Assembly: GCA_002269645.1 (NCBI GenBank)
Contig: NIVC01004538.1
Coordinates: 1 to 42,842 of the forward strand
Direction: 5' to 3'
Length of the DNA stretch: 42,842 nucleotides
From: Macrostomum lignano
Lineage: Eukaryota
Positions 1 through 10,161 of the stretch are shown piece after piece. Below the pieces are notes generated by a model, which was not told the origin of the DNA, ran no database searches, and saw only the letters and a program-made list of their open reading frames with translations. Within the stretch, counting starts at the first letter, position 1, and every line of letters begins with the position of its first letter. The position numbers and the translations under genes were made by a program.

Positions 1-309
1 TCATGTAAGTCGGACAGTGTTTTCTTCCGAGCCAGCTTGTTGAGCTGCCCGAACAGTCGCGGACTGTTCGGGAGTTCGTAGTGGTGTGACACAGGGCCTG
101 TAAACGGCCTGGCTGTCAGAGTGGAAGAAGATTCTTCTGTCCTTGAAGTCCCTGCAGTGGAGCTCAGCTGCACAGGAGCTGATGGCAAGGACTTTGTTCT
201 GGAAGACGCTGGAGAGTCTGCCAGTGTGTTGGGCCTGAGTAGCAATCACGTGGCCATTGATAAGGATACAGACTCCAAAGCCAGATAAGCCGTCTTTGGA
301 GGATCCGTC
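1..309 (-). mobile_element. Downstream part of an older non-LTR retrotransposon (RNase H region), interrupted by the element at 310-6058
   Basis: Minus strand reads TDGSSKDGLSGFGVCILINGHVIATQAQHTGRLSSVFQNKVLAISSCAAEL...HSDSQA. This is an RNase H with the catalytic E changed to K (FQNK vs FQNE). It is roughly 80% identical by eye to 960-1290 and runs off the window edge. Confidence 0.9.
298..309. repeat. Target-site duplication, copy 1 (GGAGGATCCGTC)
   Basis: Exact 12-bp match to 6059-6070. Flanking bases differ on both sides. Confidence 0.9.
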
Positions 310-414
310 TGACTTGACTTAGCTGCAGGGTGGTCCGTAGACACAGCGGGGAGGCGAGGGTCGCCCATTCCGCTAGCCCTGAAGGCCCGCAGACAGGCAG
401 AGGCGTGGGGCCGG

Positions 415-3400
415 TCAGGGTGGTCCGCCGGTCCGTCCTGCAGCGTGATCTTCCGTTGGGAAGAAACTGGCTCGTCTAGTCGCCCGAAGGAACTGGATGA
501 GCCGTGGGATGCTGTCGGGCTGGCAAACCTCGTCAATGGATGGGTTCAGGCCCGAGGTAGCGTAGCCGGTCTCTGTTAAAGAAAGGGCAGTGACAGACAA
601 AGTGCTGAGCATCTTCATTGTCGCACTCGCAAAAGGGGCAAATTTCGCTCTCGAGGTCGCCTCGGAGGAAGCAGTGCCTGGCGAGGTAGCCATGGCCGGT
701 AAGGGTCATGACAAGGGCTCGAATATCCTTCCGATTCTGGTTCAGAAGGATGTTTCTGAGCCTGTGAGACGGGCAAGGAACCGCGGCACAGATTGCCGGC
801 AGTTTTGGGTGCCCGCCCATCTGTCCCTGTGGAGGGAGTCAGCCTAGTCGTCGATCTGACGATTGATGACTGTCAAGGGCATAGGGACCAGGGGGCAGGG
901 CCGAAAAAAGAGCCAGAGCCGCCCCTCTTGGCGAGGGTGTCTGCCAGCTCGTTCCCCGGAAACCCTGCGTGCCCTGGGATCCACTTCAGCCTGACAGTAT
1001 TGCTTCTGGCCAGGAGGTTGAGCTGCCGGGCGCAGTCGGCGACTGTCCGGGAGTTCGTTGTGGTGTGGCAAAGGGCCTGTAAGGCCGCTTGGCTGTCGGA
1101 GTGGATGACAATAGTCTTTCCTCTTGTAACCTTGGCGTTCAGCTCTGCAGCGCAAGAGCTGATGGCAAGGACTTCGTTCTGGAAGACTGTGGAGAATCTA
1201 CCAGTGTGCTGGGCATGCGTGGCAATTACGCGGCCGTTGATGATGATGCAGACCCCAAAGCCGGCGCGACCGTCTTTGATGGATCCGTCCGTGTAGCAAT
1301 GGACCTCCTGGAAATTCCAGTGGTCATTGGCAGCATCCCTAGAGGGGATGGTGACCTTGTAGCGCTGAAAGAGGTGTTGAGAGTGCGGGGTTCGCCGTCA
1401 GATAGGACGTGGAGCCCGCCGCTGTCTCTCAAGTCCTTGAGGCAGAGGTCAGCGTGGGGCAGAAGCTTGCGCTTAGCCATGGCCCTATGGGGCTGGATTC
1501 GAATGCCAGCATCAGCTAGACGGCGGGCAGTCTTAGCCGCTTCCCTGCGGACAAAGATGTCCAGCGGAGGAATGTTGAGGAAGGCGTTGAGGCCATCGTA
1601 GGGAGCAGACGGAGGGGCGCTCATGATCGTGCGACAAGCGCGCCCTTGCGCTCTCCTGAGAGCCTCTAGACAGGTCTTTATCTGCAGGGCGCTAGCCCAG
1701 ATCAGGCTGCCATACGAGATAGCGGGCCTAACCATTGCAGTGTAGATCCACCAGAGGCGCTTGGGGGTGAGCCCCCAGGTGGTGCCGACAGCCCTGCGCA
1801 ATTGCGCGAGGACTGCGAAGGCCTTTTTGGCTTTTGTTTGAACGTGGGGTGACCAGTTCAGCCTGTGGTCCAGGGTAATACCCAGACATTTAGTCTGCTT
1901 GCAGAAGGGGATTTCCCTTCCGTAAAGCGTGAGCGGCCGAATCTGCCACTTGGTCCTGCTGGTGAACATGATCGCTGCGGTCTTAGTCTCAGAGAGCCTT
2001 AAACCACAGCAGTCCGCCCATTGCTCAGCAGCGTAGATGAAGTTCTGAAGAAGGTCCCTGAGGGTATCAGGGGACGGACCAGATGCCACCGCGGTGACAT
2101 CGTCCGCATATCCAACTTTCAGAATGGGGTCAGGCCGAACATCCCGGAGGAGCTCATCGATGACCATATTCCAGAGAACTGGAGACAGCACCCCACCTTG
2201 CGGGCTACCTTTGCAGACGGGGACCGTCCTCTGGTAGCCCAGCAGACTGGCGGTGGCCGTGCGATGGCTGATCATGTACATGATCCATCTGGTGAGATGT
2301 GAGTGCGTTAGCCTCTCACAAAGAGCTCTTCGGAACGCCTCAAAGAGGACGTTATCAAAGGCGCCAATGATGTCCAGGAAGATCCCCAGAGCAAAGCCAC
2401 TACCAAGCACGCCTTCTCGAGTTTATCGACCAGGACGTGCAGCGCGCTTTCAGTGGAGCGACCCGCCCGAAAAGCATGCTGGTTCTTGCTGAGAGGTTTG
2501 TTCTTCAGCTCAACAGAGAGAAGGCGCCAAAGCACCAGTCTCTCCATCAGCTTGACCAGGGAGGAGGTCAAGCTGATCGGTCTGAAGGATTTGATAGAAT
2601 GGTAGTCCGGGCGGCCTGGCTTAGGGATAAAGATCACCTTTGCCTCGGTCCATGCCTGCGGGACATAACCAAGCGTGATGCATGCCCGAAGAAGGCTGCA
2701 AAGTTTGCGCAGGAAGCCTGGGCATTTAACCGCCTCTCTTAGAAGGGCCGGTACAATGCCGTCGGGTCCTGAGGCTTTGAAAGGCTTGAAGGAATTTGCC
2801 GCTCTCACAATGCGGTCCTCCGTGATGATAGATGCAGCCAGCGCGTGACCTCCCTCCGAGTGATCCGGAGTGGTCTGGTTAGCTGGCTCGTTAGGGAAAA
2901 ACGCAGTGAGCATTACATCAAGCGTTTCCCCTGGGTTGTCCGTGGACGTACCGTCGGTGCGTTTGACCGAGGAGAGCTTAGACATTTTGTCCAGCGTGAG
3001 CGCTTTCACAACTCTGGAGGTGGGGCGTGAGCCCTCTAGCTCCTCACAGTATTGTCGCCATTTTTGAGCCTTTGCATTCCTAACCTGCCTTTTAAACTCA
3101 TGAATTGCTTCATGATAGGTGGTTTGGTCTGCAGGGCTCTTAGTTTTAGTTGCTCTGCGGTGGAGTCTCTTAGCCCTGCGACGGAGGTTGCCAAGCTCTG
3201 GATTCCACCACGGCGCCGATTTTTTCCCTTTATAGGCTTTTAAAGGGCAGGACGCCTCAAAGGCGGCAGTTAGCGTCTCTGTCAAAACAGTCGCGCACTC
3301 ATCCGCCTCTCGGCACGACGTGATCGTGGATGGTTGGCCAGGAGACCGATGGAATTCCTTCAGGGCGAGCCCGAAGGTTTCCCAATCCGTATTTCTGGCG

Positions 3401-4119
3401 TTCCGTCTCCACATAACACGAGTTGCGCTACGCGGGGCCATTAGGTTGAAGGAGATGAACTTGTGATCCGATAGTGAGGACACTGGAAGCACCCGCCATG
3501 CCCCAATACTCTGGTAGAGTCTGGGCGTTGCGAGCGTAGCGTCGATCACCTCCGACCACCGTCCGTTGTCAAAGGTAGGGGTGGACCCAGAGTTGCAGAA
3601 CTCGAGGGTCGTAGAGGCAACGTAGGCTAGGAGGTCTTCGCCTCTCTGATTAATGCCAGTGCTGCCCCAGTGAGTGTGGTGGGCGTTGATGTCGCCGGCA
3701 ACCATGAGCTCGTAGTTTTTGGCAGAGCAGAGCTCTACCAGCGTAGCGAGGGCTCTGGGGACGACCGCAGCATCGCCTGGTAGGTAAACCGAGGCAATGA
3801 GGGTGGTCTTCCCAGGAAGAAGGTCCTCGGATTGGATGACGCAGATGTCCCTGTTGGACAGGTCCGATCTGAGCCACGCACTGAGCATTTTGCTCGCAAA
3901 GATGCAAGCTCTGGGAGGCTAGTTGGCCTTGCGAGGGTAAGTATAAAAACAATTGTAGCCAGCAGGGGCGTTTTGAGGCTTACCTCTGAGAGTCCAGGGT
4001 TCCTGGACGAGGATGAGCCCCGGCTTGTCGAGCTCGGTGTAACGCATAAGGTTGACCGAGGCTGCGACGCAGTGCTGCAGATTAATCTGCAGGCAATGGA
4101 TTCCCTGGTTGCTGATCAT
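415..4119 (-). pseudogene. LINE ORF2 (APE endonuclease, reverse transcriptase, RNase H, C-terminal CCHC), disrupted
   Basis: Motifs in order: LQINLQH/LVQEPW, GDINAHH, TPTF, VIDATL, SDHKFI (APE); ASGPDGI, FRPISL, FLDIIGAFD, GSPQGG, YADD (RT); CYTDGS, FQNE, HSDSQA, WIPGHAGFPGNELAD (RNase H); CPFCECDNEDAQHFVCHC. In-frame TAG at 3919-3921 and 844-846. Frameshifts near 2410, 1372, 893, 790 and 540. Confidence 0.9.
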
Positions 4120-4121
4120 TA

Positions 4122-5588
4122 TCACGCAGTTGGGGAATCGTTGAGCAGGTCATCCTCCTCCTTTTCAGTGGTGGGTGACCCGCAGACCTCCATGGGAGTT
4201 TCAGCGTCCTCAGCAGTTAGGGTGGCTGTGGAGTCCTCCGCGGACGTGAGCCCAGCGTGGACGTTACCGTCGCCTCTCCTGCGTGCTTCGGTGCTGTCAC
4301 TGCCCGTCCCTTCTGCCTCGTCGGTCAGGTCGATGCGGGTGGCGCCAGCCTCCTGGTGAGTCACAGACTCGAACCAGTCGGTCGGAGCCTCCCCGTTTAG
4401 AGTCTGGCCTTCTGGCTGTTGGGGTGGAGCGCGAGAAGCGCGGGCCCGCTCACAATGCGCACGAAGGTTCTTGGCCTGGTCCAGCGCGCGCTGGATCAGG
4501 CCGGACCTCCGGGTGCTCCTGGCGGGTCTGCGATTGCGATTTCCGGTTTCAGCAGCGCGAACTGCCTTACCGGGCATAGGATCGGCCGTTTGCCTCAGCT
4601 TCTTTGCCGGAGGAGCCTGGGCCCCAGTTCCGGTTTTGGAAGCTTTGGCATTCTTGGCTTCATCAGCTTTCCGCTCCTCGCAACGGAGGATGGTCAGCTG
4701 AGTCAGACCAATATGAATTGTGGACTTAGGCGGCAAGCGCTTAGCCCAGTCATCAGAGAGCCCTAGGATCACCGTAGCCCCCTTCTCCTTGCGGGAAGTG
4801 GCGTGGTGTAGGAGCCCGTTGACCTTAAGGTCGGGGTGCAGCTTTAGCAATATTTGCCTAAGCTGATCTCCGGACTTAATGGCACTGCTGGCCGGGATCC
4901 AGACGCGAAAGCGCTGGGTCTTCTGTCGTTCGCCCTCGCTGGCGAAGACGAGCTTGCCGAGCTTCTTGGGCCAGTTCAGCTTTGGCAGAAGCTCGCGTAG
5001 ATTGCGGCTGCTCTCCTCCGAGCTGCACCAGATGAAGATGCAGCTGTCGGTCTTGGCAGACTTGACCACGCTCACAGGGTGGCCCGCCAGGAGCTGGTCG
5101 ATGAGCGCAGCATCGATGGTGCGCCAGGCACTGTCGAGCTCGTCGGCCGTGAGGTCCTGCTCTTCCCCGAAGACGATGACCGCCGGTTGGAGCTTGACCT
5201 TTGAGGCGTAGTTGGTGGCGGCGGTTCCCGAAGGCCCGGCCGCGCTTGTAGCAGGTATACTGGGTGGCTCACCAGCGGGGGTTGTATCCTGGGGGGCAGG
5301 GGTTGCTGTGGTTCCTTTCGGCCCAACAGCAGCCTCGCCCTCCCTAGGTTCCCCCTCCGCCGGTGGCCGGCCCGCAGTACCCCGTAGTCGCCGTCGCCAC
5401 TCGTTGCGGCGTTGGTTGCGGGTGCGTCGGGCTTCAGCGGAGGGCCCGGTTGCGCATGCGGGCATGTCACCAGCCAAGCCGGCAGCAAGCCCATCTGCCC
5501 CCGGTGGGGCGGCGCTGGTGCCAGAGTCACCGGCTGGAGTTGCCGGGGCCCCGGCTTCAGCGGGGGTTAAAGAGGCGGATGACGCCAT
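4122..5588 (-). CDS. LINE ORF1 protein (488 aa), central DUF4780/RRM-like region, no CCHC knuckle seen
   Basis: Uninterrupted ATG..TGA ORF directly upstream of ORF2. It has an R-rich basic patch and A/P-rich low-complexity ends. The DUF4780 resemblance (IFIWCSSEES...FRVWIP) is from recall and was not searched. Confidence 0.85.
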   Translation of the reverse strand: MASSASLTPAEAGAPATPAGDSGTSAAPPGADGLAAGLAGDMPACATGPSAEARRTRNQRRNEWRRRLRGTAGRPPAEGEPREGEAAVGPKGTTATPAPQDTTPAGEPPSIPATSAAGPSGTAATNYASKVKLQPAVIVFGEEQDLTADELDSAWRTIDAALIDQLLAGHPVSVVKSAKTDSCIFIWCSSEESSRNLRELLPKLNWPKKLGKLVFASEGERQKTQRFRVWIPASSAIKSGDQLRQILLKLHPDLKVNGLLHHATSRKEKGATVILGLSDDWAKRLPPKSTIHIGLTQLTILRCEERKADEAKNAKASKTGTGAQAPPAKKLRQTADPMPGKAVRAAETGNRNRRPARSTRRSGLIQRALDQAKNLRAHCERARASRAPPQQPEGQTLNGEAPTDWFESVTHQEAGATRIDLTDEAEGTGSDSTEARRRGDGNVHAGLTSAEDSTATLTAEDAETPMEVCGSPTTEKEEDDLLNDSPTA

Positions 5589-6058
5589 AGCTGAAAGCGG
5601 GAAGGAGTGAGCTGAGTCACAAAAGAAAGAGGAAAGAAGAAAAAGAAAAGGACCGCTAGCGACCGGACAACCCCCCGGCCTTCCAGCCCATCGGCACGGT
5701 CAAACACCTTAGGCATTAGGGGTACGTTAAGCAGTACCACGGCCTGCAGGCTGGCAAGCCAGACCCGCATGCCCAAATTCGGCCGAAGCCACTGGATAGG
5801 TCGCCAGCGTCGGAGCCCAGTCTGTCCAGCAGCCCTAGGGTCTGCCTTGAACACACGCGGGGATGAGTACCCTGGGTCGACTTGTGAAACAGCGTGAGGG
5901 GGGGGTCTGCGGCTGCCAGCGGCAAATAGCGGGTGCAGACCTCCCTCTCCAGCCTTGACCTGCTGAAGATAGGGGCAGGCGTGAAGCATCGCAGACCATA
6001 GCCCTTAGGCCTGGTCTGTCTCATACTTCACTGGCGTGCTGAATACACCTTTGCGTGC

Positions 6059-6070
6059 GGAGGATCCGTC
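6059..6070. repeat. Target-site duplication, copy 2 (GGAGGATCCGTC)
   Basis: Exact match to 298-309. Confidence 0.9.
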
Positions 6071-6420
6071 AGTAAAGCAGTTATTCTCCTGAGGGGCCCA
6101 GCTGTTGTTGGCGTTCTCCCTGGAGGGGATAGTGACCTTGAAGTGTTGGTAGAGACTGAGGGAGTGCGGCTCAGCATCCGACAGGACAGCCGCACTCCCA
6201 CTCTCCTCCAGAACTTTAAGGCACAGGTCAGAGTGTGGCAGGAGCTTGCACTTTGCCATCGCTCTTTGTGGCTTGAAGCTAATGCCAGCTTCAATGAGCC
6301 GGCGGGTCATTTTAGCAGCCTCGCAACAGACAAAGATGTCCAGAGGTGGAAGGCAAAAAAAGGCGTTGAGGCCATCAAAGGGAGTAGAGAGCGGGTATCC
6401 TATACACACAGCATGTGCAT
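6059..6420 (-). mobile_element. Upstream part of the older LINE (post-RT linker up to RNase H CFTDGSS)
   Basis: PFDGLNAFFCLPPLDIFV...QRAMAKCKLLPHSDLCLK...LYQHFKVTIPSRE...CFTDGSS is paralogous to the inserted element's PYDGLNAFLNIPPLDIFV...HRAMAKRKLLPHADLCLK. It joins in frame with fragment 1-309 once the insert and one TSD are removed. Confidence 0.9.
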
Positions 6421-6490
6421 ATATAGAGTTGAAATGAAACCAAGATCAAGGGAGATTAGGAAATCTTAGTGGGAAAGTTTTCAGCCTAAG

Positions 6491-6745
6491 ACTCTCTCCA
6501 CTCTCAGCCTCTCTCTAATCTCCATTCTCAGCTCACTCTCAGCCTCTCTCCACTCTTAGCCTCTCTCCACTCTCAGCCTCTTTCCAATCTCTACTCTCAG
6601 CCTCTCTCCAATCTCTACTCTCAGCCTCTCTCCAATCTCCACTCTTAGCCTCTTTCCAATCTCTATTCTCAGCTTACTCTTCAGCCTCTTCCCACTCTCA
6701 GCCTCTCTCCAATCTCCACTCTTAGCTCACTCTTTTCATCTCTCC
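6491..6745. repeat. Degenerate CT-rich tandem repeat (CTCAGCCTCTCTCCA(ATCT)CACT-like, ~19-24 bp units)
   Basis: About 11 visible imperfect copies. Confidence 0.8.
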
Positions 6746-8099
6746 TCTCCCTTCTTCTCTCCTCTCTCTTCTACTTGAGAGTTTGAGCAAGTAAGAGAGT
6801 GTGTGAGCATGGGATAGTTTAATCTGTCCAACCCTAGCTCATACACTGCTCCCCCACTTCATTCTTCAACTTAAGTCTGCTGCGGCATAGCTAAGTTGTG
6901 TCACTTGCAAAGATTGAGAGACTTTACTTGCACTCTCGGAATCTTCTATGATGATGAATTTTCAATGTTGCTGAATATATTGAATCTAATTTACAAGCTA
7001 AGTCATTACAGTGAGTTATTTACATATTTTGTAGTTATCGCTATACAAACCTTAGCAATAGGCTAAAAGTTAAAATTGAAAAAAGATTATAGCAAAAGAT
7101 AACAATATGTTAATACCACAATTAAATTAAATTACAAGCCTACTGCACAAAAGGTCATAAAACTACTTGACTTTATTGTTAATATATTTTTTACACTGTA
7201 TATTGGCCAAGAAAAGGCCTAAATGGTTGAACTAAACAATTAAATTATAAAATGGAGTGCCTATTAAAAGCATTCAAAAATAGTTTTTTGAATATTTGAC
7301 CTTTTTCCTTTCCATTTTTTCATTAAAAAGTTATACTAAATCGCCAAAAACTATAATTTTCAAGCTAATTTAAAGCTAATTAAAATGGTCAAATGAGTCT
7401 AGAAAAAATTAAGACAGACAAATATACAAATAGACAAATAATACAAAATTAGTGTATATACTACTATTATAATTTTATAGTCTATTTATACTCGTAATAC
7501 TAAAAATAAATACAATAAAAATAGGTCACAAGATTTAGCCATTTTTGTATAGTTTTAACTTTTGTTAATTATTTTTTGTTGCAGCTTAATTTTTTCTTTA
7601 GTTTTTTTAACTTATATATTTTGGTTCTTAATTCTTTTCTTTAATTTCACATATTTTTGATTGCTTGCTAAAGTTATTACTAAGGCAATACAATTAATAT
7701 CAAAATGATATAGTTCTAACTATGGAATTGTAAGCTAATTGCTTAATAATTTGACTTATTTTAAATACTATAATAGCTTTTGTTTTGTTTCTTTAGACTT
7801 TAATATAGGCTATAGTTATTAACAGGGATTAACTAGGCCTATTTGCCTAGGTTACCATATTTATAATGAAAAGGCTAACTTTTAGGCTAATAATATTGGC
7901 TAGGCTTAATAGCAAAACTAATCGAATTGTAAAATTGAAATGTACTAAGAAATTTAAAAAAAGTATATTGTTGTCTTATTAACTGTTTTTTGCATAAATA
8001 TACAGTTTGGAGCTTGGTTTCCCTAGATATTATGATTTATGAAGGCCATCTGGAATACTATAATTGGCACAAACTATGTATATCAACAGAAGGCCTTGC

Positions 8100-8830
8100 T
8101 GCAATAGATAAATTGCAAGACAATTTAGATTTAAACCAACTATTGCAAAAGACATGATAACCTAAATCCATTATATACCTAATTGCCTCTACTAGGACTT
8201 TTTCACCTAGGGATAAGCCTTCACTCCTTTAATCTAAGACCTTGGCCAAAACACTCATTCCTAGCCCTATTAGAGTATACTAATGTAACTAGATCTAGTC
8301 TTGCAAAAGCAATATAAAGTAGTTTGATACTTTATTGTACTTTCTTAGAGGGAATGTACGAGAGTATTGAGATAGAATGATGCAACCCTTGAATAAGGCT
8401 AGATCTTTATTGACACAAATTTCTTTTTTGGCATATATGCATTGCAAAAATTCTTAACTATATGCTTAATAGTGTAATAAATGGTTATGCCTTTGTCAGT
8501 GGGTCATTTCTATTAGATTTTTTAGCAAGTTTTTATAAGGTGTTATGTAAAAATCATCCTTGCTCTAGTAATAATTGACAACCTTTGGTTTTTTAATTAT
8601 CCCAATATAAAGCATGGCAACAAACTTTCATCTTATCCATGGTCACACCTTTCCACATAAAGAACCTTGTGAGGCAGGTGTGGCATCAATGCTTGTAGCT
8701 GATCAAATTTGCACCACACCTGTATATTGGTCCAATTGCAAAGCTGTTGCAGTGAGTCAACAGTTAGAAACTGCTTTAGAAACGCAGCAGTCTCTGGTCT
8801 TAGTGAGTCAGGATTCACACCTAGCATTCC
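8100..8830 (-). mobile_element. Decayed piggyBac (PGBD4-like, DDE_Tnp_1_7) transposase relic
   Basis: Manual minus-strand translation gives piggyBac motifs in the correct order: FLKQFLTVDSLQQLCNWTN; NDPLTKA*PFITLL; AYMPK(fs)EICVNKDLALFKG; YIPSKKVQ*SIKL(fs)LYCFCKTRSSY; GEKVLVEAIRYIMDLGYHVFCNSWFKS. There are multiple stops and frameshifts, and no TIRs were confidently found. Confidence 0.75.
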
Positions 8831-9603
8831 TAAGAACTTAGGTGCATGTGGTGACCCCCCAGTCCTTGGACTGAACAGCTGTACTCAGCCTTAAGATGTG
8901 CCACACAATTGCTGCGGCTGAGCTGTCACTTGCACATCTTTCCATTTGAGCAGGTGTAATTTAGTAATTAATTATCATAATTATTATTGTTTTCATGCTT
9001 ATCCCTTATTACTACAAGCATAAGCTAATCTGCTTGCTATTGCAGGCTATGGTAGTGTCAAAATTATGCAGTGGCTATGGTTATGTAGATTTTTTTTAAT
9101 AGAATCATAATTATTCACAATCCATTAGACCATGAGCTATGACCCACAGAGCAGGTCATTTGCATCTTCAGTATTAAAGAGGTCTTTTAGGAATATTATT
9201 GTCCTGTTAAAAGGAAAAGAGCAGGTTTTTGTGCCATTGAATTCTGACTTTGAAATTGGCATCATGATTTGCACATTAGACTTTTTGCCTATGCAAAAGT
9301 CCTAAGTAAAAGTTAACGTAATTTTTGGTAAACAGCAGAAGTAACTATAACTGTACTATTGAAGCTAAATGCCTCGTCATCTAATTAGTACCACGTTTGC
9401 ATTTTCGGGTGGGGATTTTTGCAACTTAGCTTGGCTGTGCCCCTCACCGGCCGGCTCGGTTTGGTGTTGCGCATGTTTGCGCTCCCCATAGCAGAATTTT
9501 TAATTAAACAGTAATAAAACTAAATGCCTTACAATGCCTCTAATCCCATGCGTCTCGGGATTGTTGACACATCTGTCTCTAAATAAGCACAAAATAAGCA
9601 AAT

Positions 9604-9986
9604 ATGAGCGACAATGAAAGCAGCAAGCCACGGCAGCCTGTAGACAGTTATCCGTCTGCTGCTTTTCGAAAGCGACACCATGACGACGACGCTAAAGTGT
9701 CGGGCTCAGAGTTGTCGCCGCCGCCGCCGCTGTTGGATCCTCAAGTGGCGAGCGGCAGCGGCGGCGGTCGGCCTTGTGCAGTCTGCGGCGACATCACTGA
9801 GCCGGCCAGCGGCGACGCCGGCTGCTGCGACTCCTGCAAGGCCTTCTTCCGTCGTTGCGCCGTCGGCGGCCAGGAGCTCGGCTGCATCAGAGGCGACAAC
9901 GCCTGCAAAATCACCGTCGCTAATAGGAAGCAGTGCAGGGCCTGCCGCTATCAGTGCTGTCTGAGGGCCGGCCTTCGCCAGAGCCC

Positions 9987-10017
<31 letters not shown>

Positions 10018-10161
10018 CAAACACCGCCTATTAAGCGACAACGAAGTGACGGCTTCGCTGGCAGCAGCGCGTCTAGCGGCGGCGGCGGCAGCTCTAGCAG
10101 CGTTGTAGACTTTGAGATACCAACAAAACCGGTGGATAACTGGAAGGATGCGCTGCTCAAA
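9604..10161 (+). CDS. Nuclear receptor exon 1 (DNA-binding domain, Q9 tract)
   Basis: ATG at 9604. The donor AAA|GTTGGT is weak, so the 3' boundary is less certain. Confidence 0.8.

Larger units (their letters stand above)
310..6058 (-). mobile_element. Full-length non-LTR retrotransposon (LINE), APE-RT-RNaseH-CCHC type, Loa/Lian-like clade
   Basis: Bounded by a 12-bp TSD. It has a ~470-bp 5' UTR, ORF1, ORF2 and a short 3' UTR ending in an (AAGTC)2A micro-tail. The RT motifs GSPQGGVLSPVLW and VGYADD plus RNase H fit the Loa/R1/Tad1/I group. The Loa call is from recall of motif style. Confidence 0.92.

Noticed and set aside
3919-3921. Programmed readthrough of the in-frame TAG in the LINE endonuclease
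   Set aside because: ORF2 has six other lesions, including a TAG where Trp (TGG) is expected. A simple nonsense mutation is more parsimonious.
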